Shown here piece after piece: positions 63,163-64,000 of a stretch of DNA of 64,000 bases (position 1 is the stretch's first letter; each line of letters starts with the position of its first letter). Below the pieces are notes generated by a model. It saw nothing but the letters and a program-made list of their open reading frames with translations. It made no database searches and had not been told where the DNA came from. This DNA is from Lytechinus pictus. Lineage: Eukaryota. The stretch lies in NCBI RefSeq assembly GCF_037042905.1, contig NC_087261.1:4340001-4404000 (forward strand), given 5' to 3'. The position numbers and the translations under genes were made by a program.

Positions 63163-64000
63163 CACACATGGTCTATCAAGAATCAATTTAAGATATTTTG
63201 TAATCTTTCAAATAAATAATTTCGACATGAATTTTTAAATATGGGCAGTGTTGGACTGGATCTAAAGTTTTGTGGTAACTTATTCCATTCTTTTGTACAA
63301 ACTATCACAAAAGAATTCAAAGGAGTATTTGTTCTTGCAAGTGGCTGGTGGATAAGATTTTTCTGCCGTGTATTGTACAAATGGACATTTGAGTTAACAA
63401 CAAATGCATCTTTTAAAAATGAACAGTTTTGAGAGGATTGTGATTTGTACATAAATATCAAGCAATTGAGGGAGACTAAATCATCAAGAGGCAAAATCTT
63501 CAATTGCAGAAATAAAGGAATACTTGGACATCTGTAATTCGAATATGTCATGAGCCTCATAACTTTCTTCTGAAGAACTAGCAGTTTGTTTAAATGGTTC
63601 CTATATGTATTTCCCCATGCAACATTACAATAATTTAAGTGTGGCATAATAATAGCATTGTAAATAGTTACTAAGGTCTGCTGAGGGAGAGAGAAACGTA
63701 ATTTATAAATGACACCAACGCTCCTTGATACCTTAGTACAAACATAACTGAGGTGATTTTTCCATGATAAGTGATCATCAACTACAACTCCCAAAAACCT
63801 TACATCTTGACTTCGACTGATCTGATGGCCTCCTATTGATAATGGATTAGTATCTTCAGGGACTTGTTTACCCCTTGTTCTAAAGACAATATATTGAGTT
63901 TTACTAGCATTTAATAAAAGCTTGTTACAGCAAAACCATTTAAATATATTTTTAATTTCATCGTTAGTTGAGAGTATGAGAGTTTCCATATCTTTGTGAT
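62913..64000 (-). mobile_element. L2/Crack-clade LINE, 3' portion (continues beyond window); ORF2 C-terminus at 63183-63989
   Basis: WFCCNKLLLNASKTQYIVF, FLGVVVDDHLSWKNH, PHLNYCNVAWG and WNKLP motifs of the post-RT region. 3'UTR with (TG)n, AATAAA and a (TTGAAC)n tail at ~62913-62930. Confidence 0.88.

Overview
AT-rich, intron-rich animal genomic DNA with three assembly gaps. It is most likely a sea urchin or other echinoderm; this is inferred from the tRNA/Nin-type SINE, the MITE landscape and the gene content, and was not verified. Four host genes were built by hand from splice sites. (1) The first coding exon of a Src-family tyrosine kinase (minus strand, MGCVKSK N-terminus), with a long 5' intron running up to a probable promoter at ~14.4-18.0 kb. 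(2) A complete 3-coding-exon galactose-3-O-sulfotransferase (minus, ~615 aa). (3) A complete 13-exon NIPA-like Mg2+ transporter (plus, ~430 aa). (4) A complete 5-exon clan-2 cytochrome P450 (minus, ~517 aa). Mobile DNA is dense: a young 5'-truncated CR1-type LINE with an intact ORF2, a 7-bp TSD and a (TGATG)4 tail, two L2/Crack-type LINE 3' ends, SINEs, a non-autonomous Helentron-like element with a duplicated 3' end and an internal tRNA-like Pol III cassette, more than 20 MITEs (several nested) and a 21-bp minisatellite. The most notable unexplained signal is a strong, regionally restricted excess of TA-NNNN-TA palindromes (TACATGTA, TACCGGTA, TAGGCCTA, TAGATCTA). They concentrate in the CpG-poor Src intron, and repeat-copy comparisons show that TACATGTA arises by insertion at TA, as expected for Tc1/mariner excision footprints. 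Also notable: the CR1 appears to have inserted into a probable Src 5'-UTR/promoter segment that has an uninterrupted duplicate ~1.8 kb away, next to a MITE carrying promoter-like motifs. No prokaryotic-type system such as CRISPR is present. All coordinates and counts were read by eye.
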